Assembly: GCA_023392945.1 (NCBI GenBank)
Contig: JAEWNB010000069.1
Location: 3,375-67,374, forward strand
Direction: 5' to 3'
DNA: 64,000 nucleotides
Source of the DNA: Bacteroidota bacterium
GTDB taxonomy: Bacteria > Bacteroidota > Bacteroidia > Bacteroidales > WCHB1-69
In this document: positions 37,714-47,789 of the stretch, piece by piece
Numbering within the stretch: the first letter of the stretch is position 1
Layout of the letters: the number at the start of each line of letters is the position of its first letter
Notes under the pieces: generated by a model
What the model saw: the letters and a program-made list of their open reading frames with translations, nothing else
Told to the model about the DNA's origin: nothing
Database searches by the model: none
Program-made: the position numbers and the translations under genes

Positions 37714-38208
37714 ATGTCACGATTTAGAAAAGGCGAAAAAAAAGAACTTCCGGCTATTAACACCGGTTCAATGTCTGATATTATTTTTATGTTTTTATTC
37801 TTCTTTATTACTATTACTAATATGCGAGATGCCAGCTTAAAGGTTACTTATACAGCTCCCAAAGCTACTGAAGTCCAAAAACTGGAAAAGAAATCCTTGG
37901 TGGCAAGTATCTATGTTGGGGCCCCCGTTGGGAAAAACGAAAACACACTCCCTCCTGGAAAAATTTCTGTTCAATTAAATGACCAAACAATCAAACAAGA
38001 AGAACTTGTTGCAGATGTTCGAGATTTTGTTGGAACAGAAAAAGAGTCTCGCAGTGAAGAAGATAAAAACAAATTGACATTTTCATTGAAAATTGACAAA
38101 AGTGTACAAATGCGTTATGTAAACATCATTAAATCTGAATTACGTAAAAACAATGCACTTAAAATCAATTATGCTGCCGGTAAAATTGCGGAAACGAAGA
38201 AAAATTAG
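37714..38208 (+). CDS. exbD: ExbD/TolR-family biopolymer transport protein (copy 2)
   Basis: 164 aa with INTGSMSDIIFMFLFFFITIT. It starts 2 nt after copy 1. Confidence 0.85.
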   Translation: MSRFRKGEKKELPAINTGSMSDIIFMFLFFFITITNMRDASLKVTYTAPKATEVQKLEKKSLVASIYVGAPVGKNENTLPPGKISVQLNDQTIKQEELVADVRDFVGTEKESRSEEDKNKLTFSLKIDKSVQMRYVNIIKSELRKNNALKINYAAGKIAETKKN

Positions 38209-38238
38209 AACATTTATGTTTAACCAAAATAATTATTT

Positions 38239-40251
38239 ATGAAAAAAGTGATTTTTACCCTTGCAATGATTGTTTTAACAGTGGCTGTTTTCGCACAACA
38301 ACCCGTTAAAATGTATCAACAAAACCCTGCTTCTCAAAAAGTAGCACAAAAAGTACTGAACGGAAGAGAAACAGGTGAAGCCTTTAGTCTTCCTGCCCCC
38401 ATGGTAAGAAATACCGAAGCCAATTACATTGGCTCAACTTACTATGATTTACAAACAAATTCATCAATGGGCAGTAGAATTATTGCTCATGAAGATGGAA
38501 CTGTCAGCTATGCTTGGACAACTTGCGGAACTGGATCTGCAACCCGCGGAACCGGGTACAATTATTTCTCAAACGGAAGTTTAGTTAATGATTATACCAG
38601 TACTGCCAGAATTGAAACAACAAGAACAGGTTGGGCAAATCTTGCCCCACTGGGTACCGGAACTGAAATTGGAGAAATTGTAGTTGCACACAACGGCTCA
38701 ACAGGATTAGTTGTTTCAACAAGACCTACCAAAGGAACCGGAGACTGGAACTCACAAACTCTTCTTGGACCATCAATAATCAGTGGAACAACTTCAAGCA
38801 CTGCACTACTTTGGCCTACCATGACAACTTCCGGAAATACCGTTCATCTATTTGCTTGTACTGAATCAGATCCCGGATACCTTTATGAAGGAATCCAAAC
38901 TGCATTAGTATACTACAGAGGAACTTATGACAGAACTTCCAATAGTGTTACCTGGGAAAATCCACGTTTAGTTGACGGAATTGATTCTGCCTATATTGGC
39001 GAATTTGACGGTGACGCATACAGAGTAAAAGCTCAAAATGGAAAAGTTGTTTTATTAGTTTGTGGCGCATTATCAGATGTTTTCTACTGTGAAAGCAGTG
39101 ATGGTGGTACTACCTGGACTAAAACAATCGTTTTTGACAGCCCTATTCCTGAAGGATATGTTACAGATGAAGCCTTACTTCCTGACACTCCTTTTGTTTG
39201 TGATGGCTCCGGATCATTAGTTATTGATGAATCAGGAAATGTACATGTTGCTTTCGGAATTACCCGTATTTTAGACGATGACCTTTCCGATGGTGGCCAT
39301 AGCTATTTCCCGGGATACGATGCTCTTCTATACTGGAATAGTACAATGCCTCAAATTACTCAAAGAGTTGATACTCCTGCATACTCTCTTGATCCCGATT
39401 ATTTATTAACTCAAGGTAGAATTATCTTCTCAAGACCTGACCTAGACGGCGATGATACTTTATGGTACCTGAATGGTGGCATTGAAAATTATCCAAGTTA
39501 TGGAATAGGTATGACTTCTCAACCTCAATTAGTTGCTAATGATGGAACTATTTATCTTTTCTTCAGCTCTGTTTTAGATTTTCCATTCTATGACTATGAC
39601 CAAACCATGTATTATCGTGGAATATTCGGAACTAAATCTACTGATAACGGGGCAACTTGGAATATGGATAGTATAAGCTGGCTCTCTTATGGGCAAGATC
39701 TTTATTTCGTAGATTGGGATCTCCTTCCAACAGTAGAAAATCCGATTGATGCCATATTTATCAATAGCGAAAATGTATATGCTGCAGCTGCTGATGAAAT
39801 TGTAAACGGTAAAGTAAATATGATTTGGCAAACTGATTATTTTGCAGGATCAGAAATTAAAGAAAATAACTCAGCTGTATGTAACAATATTGCTAATATA
39901 AACTGGCTTCAAATCAATGCTTCCCAGATCGGTTCTTTTAATAATACTAATGAAGTTCATACCGGTGTTTGGGATGAAGATGGAATTTGTGAAAACTCAC
40001 TTTCAGAAATGAAAATGTATCCAAACCCTGCAACAACTTCAGTTATTATTACAGTTAATTCATTGACTGGTTGTCAAGCAACTTTAAGTGTTACAAATCT
40101 GATGGGACAAACTGTTTATAATAACGCTGTTGCCCTAACTTCAGGTACTAATCAATTGACTCTTAATGTTTCTGAATTAAGCAATGGTTTCTATATGGTT
40201 AATATTAAATCCAATACAGGAACAACCACACAAAAATTAATCGTTAGATAA
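38239..40251 (+). CDS. BNR/Asp-box repeat (sialidase-fold-like) protein with a T9SS type A sorting domain
   Basis: 670 aa with a signal peptide. The Asp-box motifs are SSDGGTTWTK and STDNGATWN. The CTD is MYPNPATTSVIITV...GFYMVNIKSNTGTTTQKLIVR. Confidence 0.8.
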   Translation: MKKVIFTLAMIVLTVAVFAQQPVKMYQQNPASQKVAQKVLNGRETGEAFSLPAPMVRNTEANYIGSTYYDLQTNSSMGSRIIAHEDGTVSYAWTTCGTGSATRGTGYNYFSNGSLVNDYTSTARIETTRTGWANLAPLGTGTEIGEIVVAHNGSTGLVVSTRPTKGTGDWNSQTLLGPSIISGTTSSTALLWPTMTTSGNTVHLFACTESDPGYLYEGIQTALVYYRGTYDRTSNSVTWENPRLVDGIDSAYIGEFDGDAYRVKAQNGKVVLLVCGALSDVFYCESSDGGTTWTKTIVFDSPIPEGYVTDEALLPDTPFVCDGSGSLVIDESGNVHVAFGITRILDDDLSDGGHSYFPGYDALLYWNSTMPQITQRVDTPAYSLDPDYLLTQGRIIFSRPDLDGDDTLWYLNGGIENYPSYGIGMTSQPQLVANDGTIYLFFSSVLDFPFYDYDQTMYYRGIFGTKSTDNGATWNMDSISWLSYGQDLYFVDWDLLPTVENPIDAIFINSENVYAAAADEIVNGKVNMIWQTDYFAGSEIKENNSAVCNNIANINWLQINASQIGSFNNTNEVHTGVWDEDGICENSLSEMKMYPNPATTSVIITVNSLTGCQATLSVTNLMGQTVYNNAVALTSGTNQLTLNVSELSNGFYMVNIKSNTGTTTQKLIVR

Positions 40252-40272
40252 TTTATTATATCTATTGATCCG

Positions 40273-40304
40273 AAAAAAAGGGCGACCATTCGTTGCCCTT
40301 TTTA
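40273..40304 (+). terminator. Intrinsic terminator closing the exbBD-BNR transcription unit
   Basis: AAGGGCGAC-CATTC-GTTGCCCTT (one G-U pair) followed by T5. Confidence 0.75.
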
Positions 40305-40333
40305 TATTTATAACAGACAATAAAAGAGAATCT

Positions 40334-41206
40334 ATGATAAAATCAATGACGGGGTTTGGGAAAACTGCTTTAGCAATTAATGGAAAGTCAGTTTTAATTG
40401 AAATCAGAGCATTAAACAGCAAACAGCTTGATATAAGCACTCGTATAGCTCCACTATTCAGAGATAAGGAAAATGAGATCCGGACGATTCTTGCCAAGGA
40501 ATTGGAACGGGGAAAAATTGATTTTTCTATCTATATCGAAAATAATGAATCCCAATCTATTACAATCAATTCAAACCTGGCAAAAGCATATTACAAGAGT
40601 TTAGTTAAGCTTTCTGATGAATTAAAGAATCCGGTATCCAGTGATATTTTTATTCAAATACTTAGAATGCCGGAAGTAATAACTACCCCCAAAGAAGAAT
40701 TGTCTGAAGAAATTTGGATTCACACTTCAAATGCCATCCATGAAACATGCAAAAAGTTGAATGATTTTAGATTATCTGAAGGAAATCATTTAGCAAAAGA
40801 CTTTGAGAAAAGGATTTTGCTGATCGAGAAAATGGTGGAAGAAGTAGATCCTTTTGAAAAAAACAGGATTGAATATATCCGTAAAAATTTCATCCGACAA
40901 CTCACAGATTTGCCCAAAGAGGCAGATTATAATGTAAGTCGTTTGGAGGAAGAAATTATTTATTATCTTGAAAAAATTGACATTACAGAAGAAAAAGTAA
41001 GGTTAAAAAAACATTGCTCCTATTTTTTAGAGACTATGAATGAATCTGAATCAAATGGTAAAAAACTGGGCTTTATCATTCAGGAAATCGGACGTGAGGT
41101 TAACACAATGGGCACTAAATCTAATGACTTTAATATTCAATGCATTGTTGTAAAGATGAAAGATGAGATTGAAAAAATGAAAGAACAGATTGCCAATATT
41201 TTATAG
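40334..41206 (+). CDS. yicC: YicC-family stress-induced protein
   Basis: The start is moved to the ATG at 40334 (MIKSMTGFGK...), because the track start at 40265 would cover the upstream terminator. The C-terminus KKLGFIIQEIGREVNTMGTKSND...VKMKDEIEKMKEQIANI is typical of YicC. Confidence 0.88.
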   Translation: MIKSMTGFGKTALAINGKSVLIEIRALNSKQLDISTRIAPLFRDKENEIRTILAKELERGKIDFSIYIENNESQSITINSNLAKAYYKSLVKLSDELKNPVSSDIFIQILRMPEVITTPKEELSEEIWIHTSNAIHETCKKLNDFRLSEGNHLAKDFEKRILLIEKMVEEVDPFEKNRIEYIRKNFIRQLTDLPKEADYNVSRLEEEIIYYLEKIDITEEKVRLKKHCSYFLETMNESESNGKKLGFIIQEIGREVNTMGTKSNDFNIQCIVVKMKDEIEKMKEQIANIL

Positions 41207-41288
41207 AATTTAAATGCCATTTTAGTAAAGTATTTGGAGCAATATATTTATAATAACAAGTGAAAAGAAACAACGCAGAAATAGAACA

Positions 41289-42593
41289 ATGGGAAATATT
41301 TTATCATTAGTTGGAAGACCCAATGTGGGAAAATCCACTTTATTCAACAGACTTACAAAAACCCGTGAGGCAATTGTAGATTCAGTTTCCGGAGTCACAC
41401 GAGACCGGAATTATGGCAAGAGCGATTGGATTGGTTATGAGTTTTCTGTCATTGATACAGGGGGGTATGTGATGGGATCTGAGGATGTTTTTGAAAAGGA
41501 AATTCGGAAGCAAGCCACTTTGGCCATAAAGGAATCCGATGTTATTGTGCTGATTGTTGATGGCAGAGAAGGGGTTACCCCATTAGACGAAGAAGTTGTT
41601 GACATTCTGCGCCGTTCGAAAAAACCATTCTTTCTGGCAGTAAATAAAATTGACAGTCCAAGCAACTACTATGATTATACCGATTTTTACAAACTGGGAA
41701 TCAAGGAAATATTTCCAATTTCTGCAATTTCAGGTGGAGGAACGGGAGAGTTGCTGGATGAAGTTGTTAAGCATTTTTCCAAAGATATTAAAGAAGATTT
41801 GGAAGATTTACCCAAAATTGCCATTGTGGGCAAACCCAATGTCGGAAAATCATCTTTTATCAATACTATTCTTGGCTTTGATCGCCATATTGTAACTCCT
41901 ATAGCCGGCACAACACGTGATTCAATCTATACAAGATACTCAGGCTTTGGCTTTGACTTTTATTTCATTGACACTGCAGGGCTTCGCAAAAAGAAAAAAG
42001 TGGAAGAGGATCTGGAGTTTTATTCTGTTATGAGAACGATAAGGGCGATAGAAAATAGTGATGTTTGTATAGTGATGTCAGATGCAACCGAAGGTTTTGA
42101 CGGTCAAGATATCTCTATTTTTAGTCTAGCTATCAGAAATCACAAAGGAGTTGTTTTGGTACTGAATAAATGGGATTTAGTAGAAAAAGGCAATAAGACA
42201 CATAAAGAGTTCGAGGAATATGTTAGGGATAGAATTGCTCCTTTTACGGATGTCCCGATAATTTTTACCTCTGTAATAAATAAACAGCGAATTTTCAAGG
42301 TATTGGAAATGGCAATTGAGGTATATAAAAATAAATCAAGAAGGATTCCCACTTCTGAATTAAACGAGGTTATGTTGCCTATCATTCAGCAGACACCACC
42401 ACCTGTTGTTAAAGATAAAGTAATCAGGATTAAATTTATCACTCAACTTCCCACTTCTTTTCCTGCCTTTGCCTTTTTCTGTAATCTTCCACAATATAGT
42501 AAGGATAGTTACAAAAGGTTTTTGGAAAACAGGATTCGTGAAAAATGGAATTTCTCGGGAGTTCCAATGGAGATTTTCTTCCGAAAAAAATAG
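41289..42593 (+). CDS. der: Ribosome-biogenesis GTPase Der (EngA)
   Basis: 434 aa with two tandem GTPase domains (GRPNVGKST...DTGG...NKID and GKPNVGKSS...DTAG...NKWD) plus a KH-like C-terminus. Confidence 0.95.
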   Translation: MGNILSLVGRPNVGKSTLFNRLTKTREAIVDSVSGVTRDRNYGKSDWIGYEFSVIDTGGYVMGSEDVFEKEIRKQATLAIKESDVIVLIVDGREGVTPLDEEVVDILRRSKKPFFLAVNKIDSPSNYYDYTDFYKLGIKEIFPISAISGGGTGELLDEVVKHFSKDIKEDLEDLPKIAIVGKPNVGKSSFINTILGFDRHIVTPIAGTTRDSIYTRYSGFGFDFYFIDTAGLRKKKKVEEDLEFYSVMRTIRAIENSDVCIVMSDATEGFDGQDISIFSLAIRNHKGVVLVLNKWDLVEKGNKTHKEFEEYVRDRIAPFTDVPIIFTSVINKQRIFKVLEMAIEVYKNKSRRIPTSELNEVMLPIIQQTPPPVVKDKVIRIKFITQLPTSFPAFAFFCNLPQYSKDSYKRFLENRIREKWNFSGVPMEIFFRKK

Positions 42594-42694
42594 TACTATT
42601 CTCTTTTCTCATAATTTGACTTTAAGGAAAGTAACACAAGAAAAATCAGTAAGATTAGAGATGATATTTTAAATTGAATCCAAAAATATAGCTA

Positions 42695-45600
42695 CTATTT
42701 TCCCAAAAGAGGGTTCAGCACTTCAGGTTGATTTTTAAGTATAATATTCGGATTTTTTTCAACATCAAGTTCGGGAAATAAAATTGCTGTCGGAACAATG
42801 AAACTACATGGAACTCCCGATAGATTAAAATTTTGACCTGCCATGATGTTGTTTTTTTGCTTGCCTTTCAGAAGAGTATTATAAACCTGTTGTTGATTTG
42901 ATATTGCTTCAACATGCTTAAAGGATTTCATATTAAGTGCAGATACCTTAGCCATTCTCATTAAGGTTTCGCTTCCGTCTTTAACAGAAACCCTAATTAC
43001 ATAAACCGGGTAATAATAATTATTTTTTGTCAGATAGTTCCCGACTGTAGGCACAGCTGCACTTTGAGAAACCAGCTTTGGAATAATATAAGCATAGTCA
43101 TAATCTTCTTCCTTTGCCATAGAAATCAGTTTTTTCTTCATCTTGGAATAGGCCATTTTATTCTTACCACTTAATTCAATAACACCTGAACAGAGAGAAG
43201 TTGTCAATTTTCCATAAGAAAGAGCCAATCTTTTATGACCATTTGAGAATTTAGAATGATTAGTTGGAATTCTGTCACTAAGGATATTGACCAAAATCCC
43301 ATCAGAAATAAGCGGCAATTCAGCGGGAACCCTCACTCCTTCTGCATCCACTTTATAGGAGCCAATTAATGGAGTTCCGTTGTACACCGTTTTCCCATCC
43401 AAAGCGTTAACTGACAAATCGCGAGAGATCACTTTTTTACCAAGCAAGGCTTCGGTTGCATTTTCCTGAGGAATATAGGATTCGTACCATCGCAGAAAAT
43501 CGCTGTTGGGAGTTATGGGCTTTCTTCCGGCCAACAAACCATTATTACTTTCTATAAAAGATTGAGCAACTATTTCTCCCACAGCATCTCCGGTAAACAT
43601 AACAGGACCGCTGAATGACTCATTCATTACCGGAACAGACCTAATTTGTTGAAGTAAATCTGCCATTTTCACAACCCTCTCTCTTAACAAATCCATATTG
43701 GGCAACTGAGTATATGAATTAACATAAATAGTAAAATAGTCCATTACAGATTCACCATCCTGAGTCAAGGTCTCAGCAAATACCCTCAAACAAACCAAAG
43801 TAAAAGGCTGCTTGAATTTCATTCCTTCACTATTTAGATAATAGGTATTGGCATTGTATACATATATATTTGCTCCTGAATTTGTAAAATCAGGATAATT
43901 CAGAAAAATGCGTGATAATTCGACAGAAGTATTAATCAGATTTGAAAAAAGAACATCTTCAAGCATTACATCTATAGGAGTTTTTTGAATTTCAACTTCC
44001 GAAAAATCAGACAGCTCTTTTTGTTTCTGAGTTTGATTTTGTTGTTTAATAACAGCTTCTTTATTTTGAATTGATTCTGCTGCAGTCTTATATGCCTGAT
44101 CTGTTGTAATCCATAGACTGTTTCTGATACCGGAATAATCAGTATTTTCAGGAATTGTAATTCTATTGTTATAATAGTAGCCGAACAAACTATTCTCATC
44201 AAAGAAATTAAGGTTATTAAATTTGTCACTCCCAACCAGTACAGTAGTTTCCTGATCCCGGAATGGCCTGGAGTCTGATAAGGTTATGGCACCCAAAGAG
44301 CTTTCTACCACCATCATTTTGGCATCAGAAACTAAATAGCTGATATAATATGGTGATTTAAGCCCTTCAATTTTTAGATTGGTCAAATTATTATTCAATT
44401 CATCTTGCATAGCATTAAATACAACTGTCTCAAAGTTGTCATCAGGAAGAATATCAAGAGAAGTTCTTTCAATGATAGGGGGTTTATCCTGAGATTTTGC
44501 TTTTTTTTGCATTTCTATTTGCTTAACGAATAATGCAGGAGAGCAACAGCCTGCGGGAATAGATCCTGATTCGGCACCACAAGAGCCGGCAAAATTACCG
44601 GGTGTATTGCCAATCGCCTCAATTTTTGAAAACATCGCCAACGGTGTCCCCACCAGATCAACACCCCGAACAAGTTCATCGGGGCGACCATCCACATAAA
44701 TACGGTAAACTTCCAATGGAGTAACATTAAAAGAATTGGGAAAATAACGTCCTGTCGTAGTAAAACCCCCTTGCACTTTTGCAAAAAGATAACCATAATC
44801 CTTCCCTTGTTTCTTTGCTTCACCAATTAGCATTTGGCGCAATTCAACATCTGTGTATGATTTTTGTGTTTCAACAATCAAATTTGACTGACGTGATACC
44901 GGCTGAAGTCCGGCAGCAGCCCTCGCATGACCGTTTGACTGGGGAAAACTGTCAATTGGGGTTCGTGTCATTAAGAAGTTTTTTAACACCCCCTTATCCA
45001 CAACGACCGTCCTTTGACTTTTTACCCCTTCATCATCATAAAGATAACTTCCATTCAAAGGAATTCCTTTATAATACTGAATAGTAGGATCAAAGATAAC
45101 AGAGATATCTTCATTAAGAACAACCTCGTTTAATTTCTTTTTAAAAGTCTGCCCGTCACTTTCACTTTTCATTCGCTGACCTTCTACTCTATGTCCAAAA
45201 ATTTCGTGAAAAAAGACTCCTGCGGCATCATTTGACAACAAAGCAGGCCCGGTATAAGAATCGACAACAGGAGCTGTTTTCAATGATAATAATGTAAAAA
45301 TCAATTTTTTGGCATCATTTTCAATAATATTACCTTGGGGTAAATCACCCGGATAATGAGCAAAATAGCTTTTATAAAGAGGCAGTTCCATGCCGTCTTC
45401 TGCCTGAGTTTTAGCATTTAAAAAAAGATGAGAATAGCTATTATTCTGAACAATAGCACTTCCTTCGCTATTGACAAAATACTTTCTGGAAATATAAAAT
45501 TTCAAATAAGCACTGCCGGTTATAATATCTTTATTTTCAGTAAATAAACCTGAATATCTCGACAATTTAGATATCCACTCTTCCTGATTAAAATCATTGA

Positions 45601-46150
45601 TAACCAAAACAGGTTCATAATAAATTTCCGGTTCGGTATCCGAAAAATCCGGGGATTTATCTTCTGATTCCACTTTAACGGCAACATTCGCTTTTACCTT
45701 TTCAAAACGCTGAACTGCATCACGATACGCTTGATCAGTTTCCCGCCACAAAAATTGTTTAATAGCTTTTACATCATCAGTCAATGGGAATTTAATTTCT
45801 CTGTAATCAGTAAAATAATCGGACATATCGTCCCGAAGTTCATGAAAGTTATCCAGTTTTTTACTTCCTACTCTCACCTGTACGGTCAGGATTTTCTCAA
45901 CCGTATACCGTGAATAGTCAAGATTTCCAAAAGTAGAACTTACAGAGTATGTCTTAATTTCTTCAATACGATAGCTTAAAAGATAAACGGGGATCTCTTT
46001 TTGTTTCAATACATTCATGTTTCGGTCAAGTTCTTTTTGCATAACCTGAAGTAAAACATCCTCTTTTGCACTTGACTGTGAAAAGGAAGAAAAAGAAAAG
46101 AAAAGAACAATCAGAGGCAATACCTGCCTAAAAAATGATAAAACTTTCAT
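42695..46150 (-). CDS. Exported single-chain TldD/PmbA (U62/M103 metallopeptidase) tandem fusion
   Basis: 1151 aa with a signal peptide (MKVLSFFRQVLPLIVLFFSFSSFSQS). The first half carries HExxxH in GVFFHEIFGHRVEGQR and the TldD-type C-terminal GSCGAESGSIPAGCCSPALFV. The second half is a homologous repeat lacking the metal site (DAVGEIVAQSFIE at the equivalent position), which makes it PmbA/TldE-like. Confidence 0.75.
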   Translation of the reverse strand: MKVLSFFRQVLPLIVLFFSFSSFSQSSAKEDVLLQVMQKELDRNMNVLKQKEIPVYLLSYRIEEIKTYSVSSTFGNLDYSRYTVEKILTVQVRVGSKKLDNFHELRDDMSDYFTDYREIKFPLTDDVKAIKQFLWRETDQAYRDAVQRFEKVKANVAVKVESEDKSPDFSDTEPEIYYEPVLVINDFNQEEWISKLSRYSGLFTENKDIITGSAYLKFYISRKYFVNSEGSAIVQNNSYSHLFLNAKTQAEDGMELPLYKSYFAHYPGDLPQGNIIENDAKKLIFTLLSLKTAPVVDSYTGPALLSNDAAGVFFHEIFGHRVEGQRMKSESDGQTFKKKLNEVVLNEDISVIFDPTIQYYKGIPLNGSYLYDDEGVKSQRTVVVDKGVLKNFLMTRTPIDSFPQSNGHARAAAGLQPVSRQSNLIVETQKSYTDVELRQMLIGEAKKQGKDYGYLFAKVQGGFTTTGRYFPNSFNVTPLEVYRIYVDGRPDELVRGVDLVGTPLAMFSKIEAIGNTPGNFAGSCGAESGSIPAGCCSPALFVKQIEMQKKAKSQDKPPIIERTSLDILPDDNFETVVFNAMQDELNNNLTNLKIEGLKSPYYISYLVSDAKMMVVESSLGAITLSDSRPFRDQETTVLVGSDKFNNLNFFDENSLFGYYYNNRITIPENTDYSGIRNSLWITTDQAYKTAAESIQNKEAVIKQQNQTQKQKELSDFSEVEIQKTPIDVMLEDVLFSNLINTSVELSRIFLNYPDFTNSGANIYVYNANTYYLNSEGMKFKQPFTLVCLRVFAETLTQDGESVMDYFTIYVNSYTQLPNMDLLRERVVKMADLLQQIRSVPVMNESFSGPVMFTGDAVGEIVAQSFIESNNGLLAGRKPITPNSDFLRWYESYIPQENATEALLGKKVISRDLSVNALDGKTVYNGTPLIGSYKVDAEGVRVPAELPLISDGILVNILSDRIPTNHSKFSNGHKRLALSYGKLTTSLCSGVIELSGKNKMAYSKMKKKLISMAKEEDYDYAYIIPKLVSQSAAVPTVGNYLTKNNYYYPVYVIRVSVKDGSETLMRMAKVSALNMKSFKHVEAISNQQQVYNTLLKGKQKNNIMAGQNFNLSGVPCSFIVPTAILFPELDVEKNPNIILKNQPEVLNPLLGK

Positions 46151-46179
46151 AAAGAAATATATATTTGATATGTAATTAA

Positions 46180-47463
46180 TTACAATCCAAATTCCGCTTT
46201 AATCCTATCCACATAATCTAATTTTTCCCAAGGGAAAAAAGTGATTTTCTTGAAAATTTTTACAACTCCGTTTTCTGTTCTGCTATATGTGTCCTTGTCG
46301 TTATACTTAACCTCCACTTCTTGCTCAAAAGTATCTCTTCCAAAATGGCCATAAGATGCAGTTGCTTCATAGATAGGATTTTTTAGTTCAAGTCGGTTTA
46401 TAATTGCAAACGGAGTCATATCAAAAATAGTATCCAGTTTCTTGGAAATTTCTCCATCTGTCATTTTAACTTTAGAAGTATTGAAAGTATTAATATAAAG
46501 ACCAACGGGTTTTGCAACTCCGATAGCATAAGCCACCTGAACAAGAGCTTCGTCGCAGAGGCCTGCAGCAACAATATTTTTTGCCATATGTCGTGCGGCA
46601 TAGGCAGCAGATCTGTCAACTTTGGAAGGATCTTTTCCTGAAAAGGCACCACCACCATGAGCAGCTTTTCCTCCATAAGTATCCACAATAATTTTACGTC
46701 CTGTCAATCCACTGTCGCCGTGAGGTCCCCCAACAACAAATTTTCCGGTCGGATTAACATGCAATTTATAATCGTCTTTAAAAAGTTTTTGAACAAATTC
46801 AGGACAATTAGCTTTCACACGAGGAATTAAAATAGTCTCTATATCTTTTTTAATTGTATAAAGCATTTTTTCTTCTTTATCAAAATCATCATGTTGTGTT
46901 GAAACCACAATGGCATCAATACGTTCAGGAATACCGTCATCAGAATACTGGAGTGTTACCTGTGATTTAGAATCCGGACGGAGATAAGTCATAACTTTTC
47001 CTTCGCGACGGATAGCCGCTAACTCTTGTAAAAAAATATGAGACAATTCTATAGAAATCGGCATAAAATTATCCATTTCCTTACATGCATAGCCAAACAT
47101 CATTCCCTGATCACCGGCTCCCTGTTCTTCCAATGATGAACGGTTAACACCCTGACTGATATCAGGAGATTGTTTATGAATGGCAGAAAGAACTCCGCAT
47201 GACTTATAGTCGAACTGATAGTCGCTATTAGTATACCCTATTTTTTTAATAACGCGCCTTGCAACATCATCAACGGAAACATAACCCTTAGTGGTTACCT
47301 CTCCGGCACATACTACCAATCCGGTAGTAACTAATGTTTCGCAAGCCACCTTGGATTCCGGATCCTGAGAAAGGAAGGAATCAAGCAAAGCGTCTGAAAT
47401 TTGGTCACAGATTTTGTCAGGATGACCTTCAGATACTGATTCAGAAGTGAATAGATAGCTCAT
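46180..47463 (-). CDS. metK: S-adenosylmethionine synthetase
   Basis: 427 aa with [33 protein letters not shown] and [22 protein letters not shown]. Confidence 0.97.
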   Translation of the reverse strand: MSYLFTSESVSEGHPDKICDQISDALLDSFLSQDPESKVACETLVTTGLVVCAGEVTTKGYVSVDDVARRVIKKIGYTNSDYQFDYKSCGVLSAIHKQSPDISQGVNRSSLEEQGAGDQGMMFGYACKEMDNFMPISIELSHIFLQELAAIRREGKVMTYLRPDSKSQVTLQYSDDGIPERIDAIVVSTQHDDFDKEEKMLYTIKKDIETILIPRVKANCPEFVQKLFKDDYKLHVNPTGKFVVGGPHGDSGLTGRKIIVDTYGGKAAHGGGAFSGKDPSKVDRSAAYAARHMAKNIVAAGLCDEALVQVAYAIGVAKPVGLYINTFNTSKVKMTDGEISKKLDTIFDMTPFAIINRLELKNPIYEATASYGHFGRDTFEQEVEVKYNDKDTYSRTENGVVKIFKKITFFPWEKLDYVDRIKAEFGL

Positions 47464-47581
47464 AATAAATTGATTTAGTTATTATTAATTCATCATCGAA
47501 AAAAAGGAGGTGGAAATGTTTTAGCATTTTTTTTTTTGAGGTTGCAATCACTACAAATCTTTCCTCATTTTTTTCGTGCTG

Positions 47582-47589
47582 CAAAAATA
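47582..47589 (-). promoter_or_regulatory. -7 box for metK (implies a leader of about 110 nt)
   Basis: The minus strand reads TATTTTTG, 118 nt upstream of the ATG at 47463. Confidence 0.4.
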
Positions 47590-47764
47590 CAATTATTTTC
47601 TATAATTATTCTCGACTCGTTTATTATTTTACTAAATAATACTCTCTAAAGTTTTCTGCCTTTCTTTAATAATCATATTCTAATATTTAAGAAAGCCGTT
47701 AAAAATAATCCGGAAAATATTTTTCCGAGGATAATTAGAGAATAGTAAATTTGGGTAAAAAATG

Positions 47765-47772
47765 TATTTTTG
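47765..47772 (+). promoter_or_regulatory. -7 box for the polytopic membrane protein gene
   Basis: TATTTTTG lies 17 nt upstream of the ATG at 47790. Confidence 0.4.
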
Positions 47773-47789
47773 CCATCTAATTGATTAAA

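Noticed and set aside
40265-40333. Upstream extension of the YicC ORF, and the antisense ORF at 40237..40497
   Set aside because: The extension would translate through the terminator hairpin of the preceding operon. YicC proteins begin at the M(x)nMTGFG motif found at 40334.
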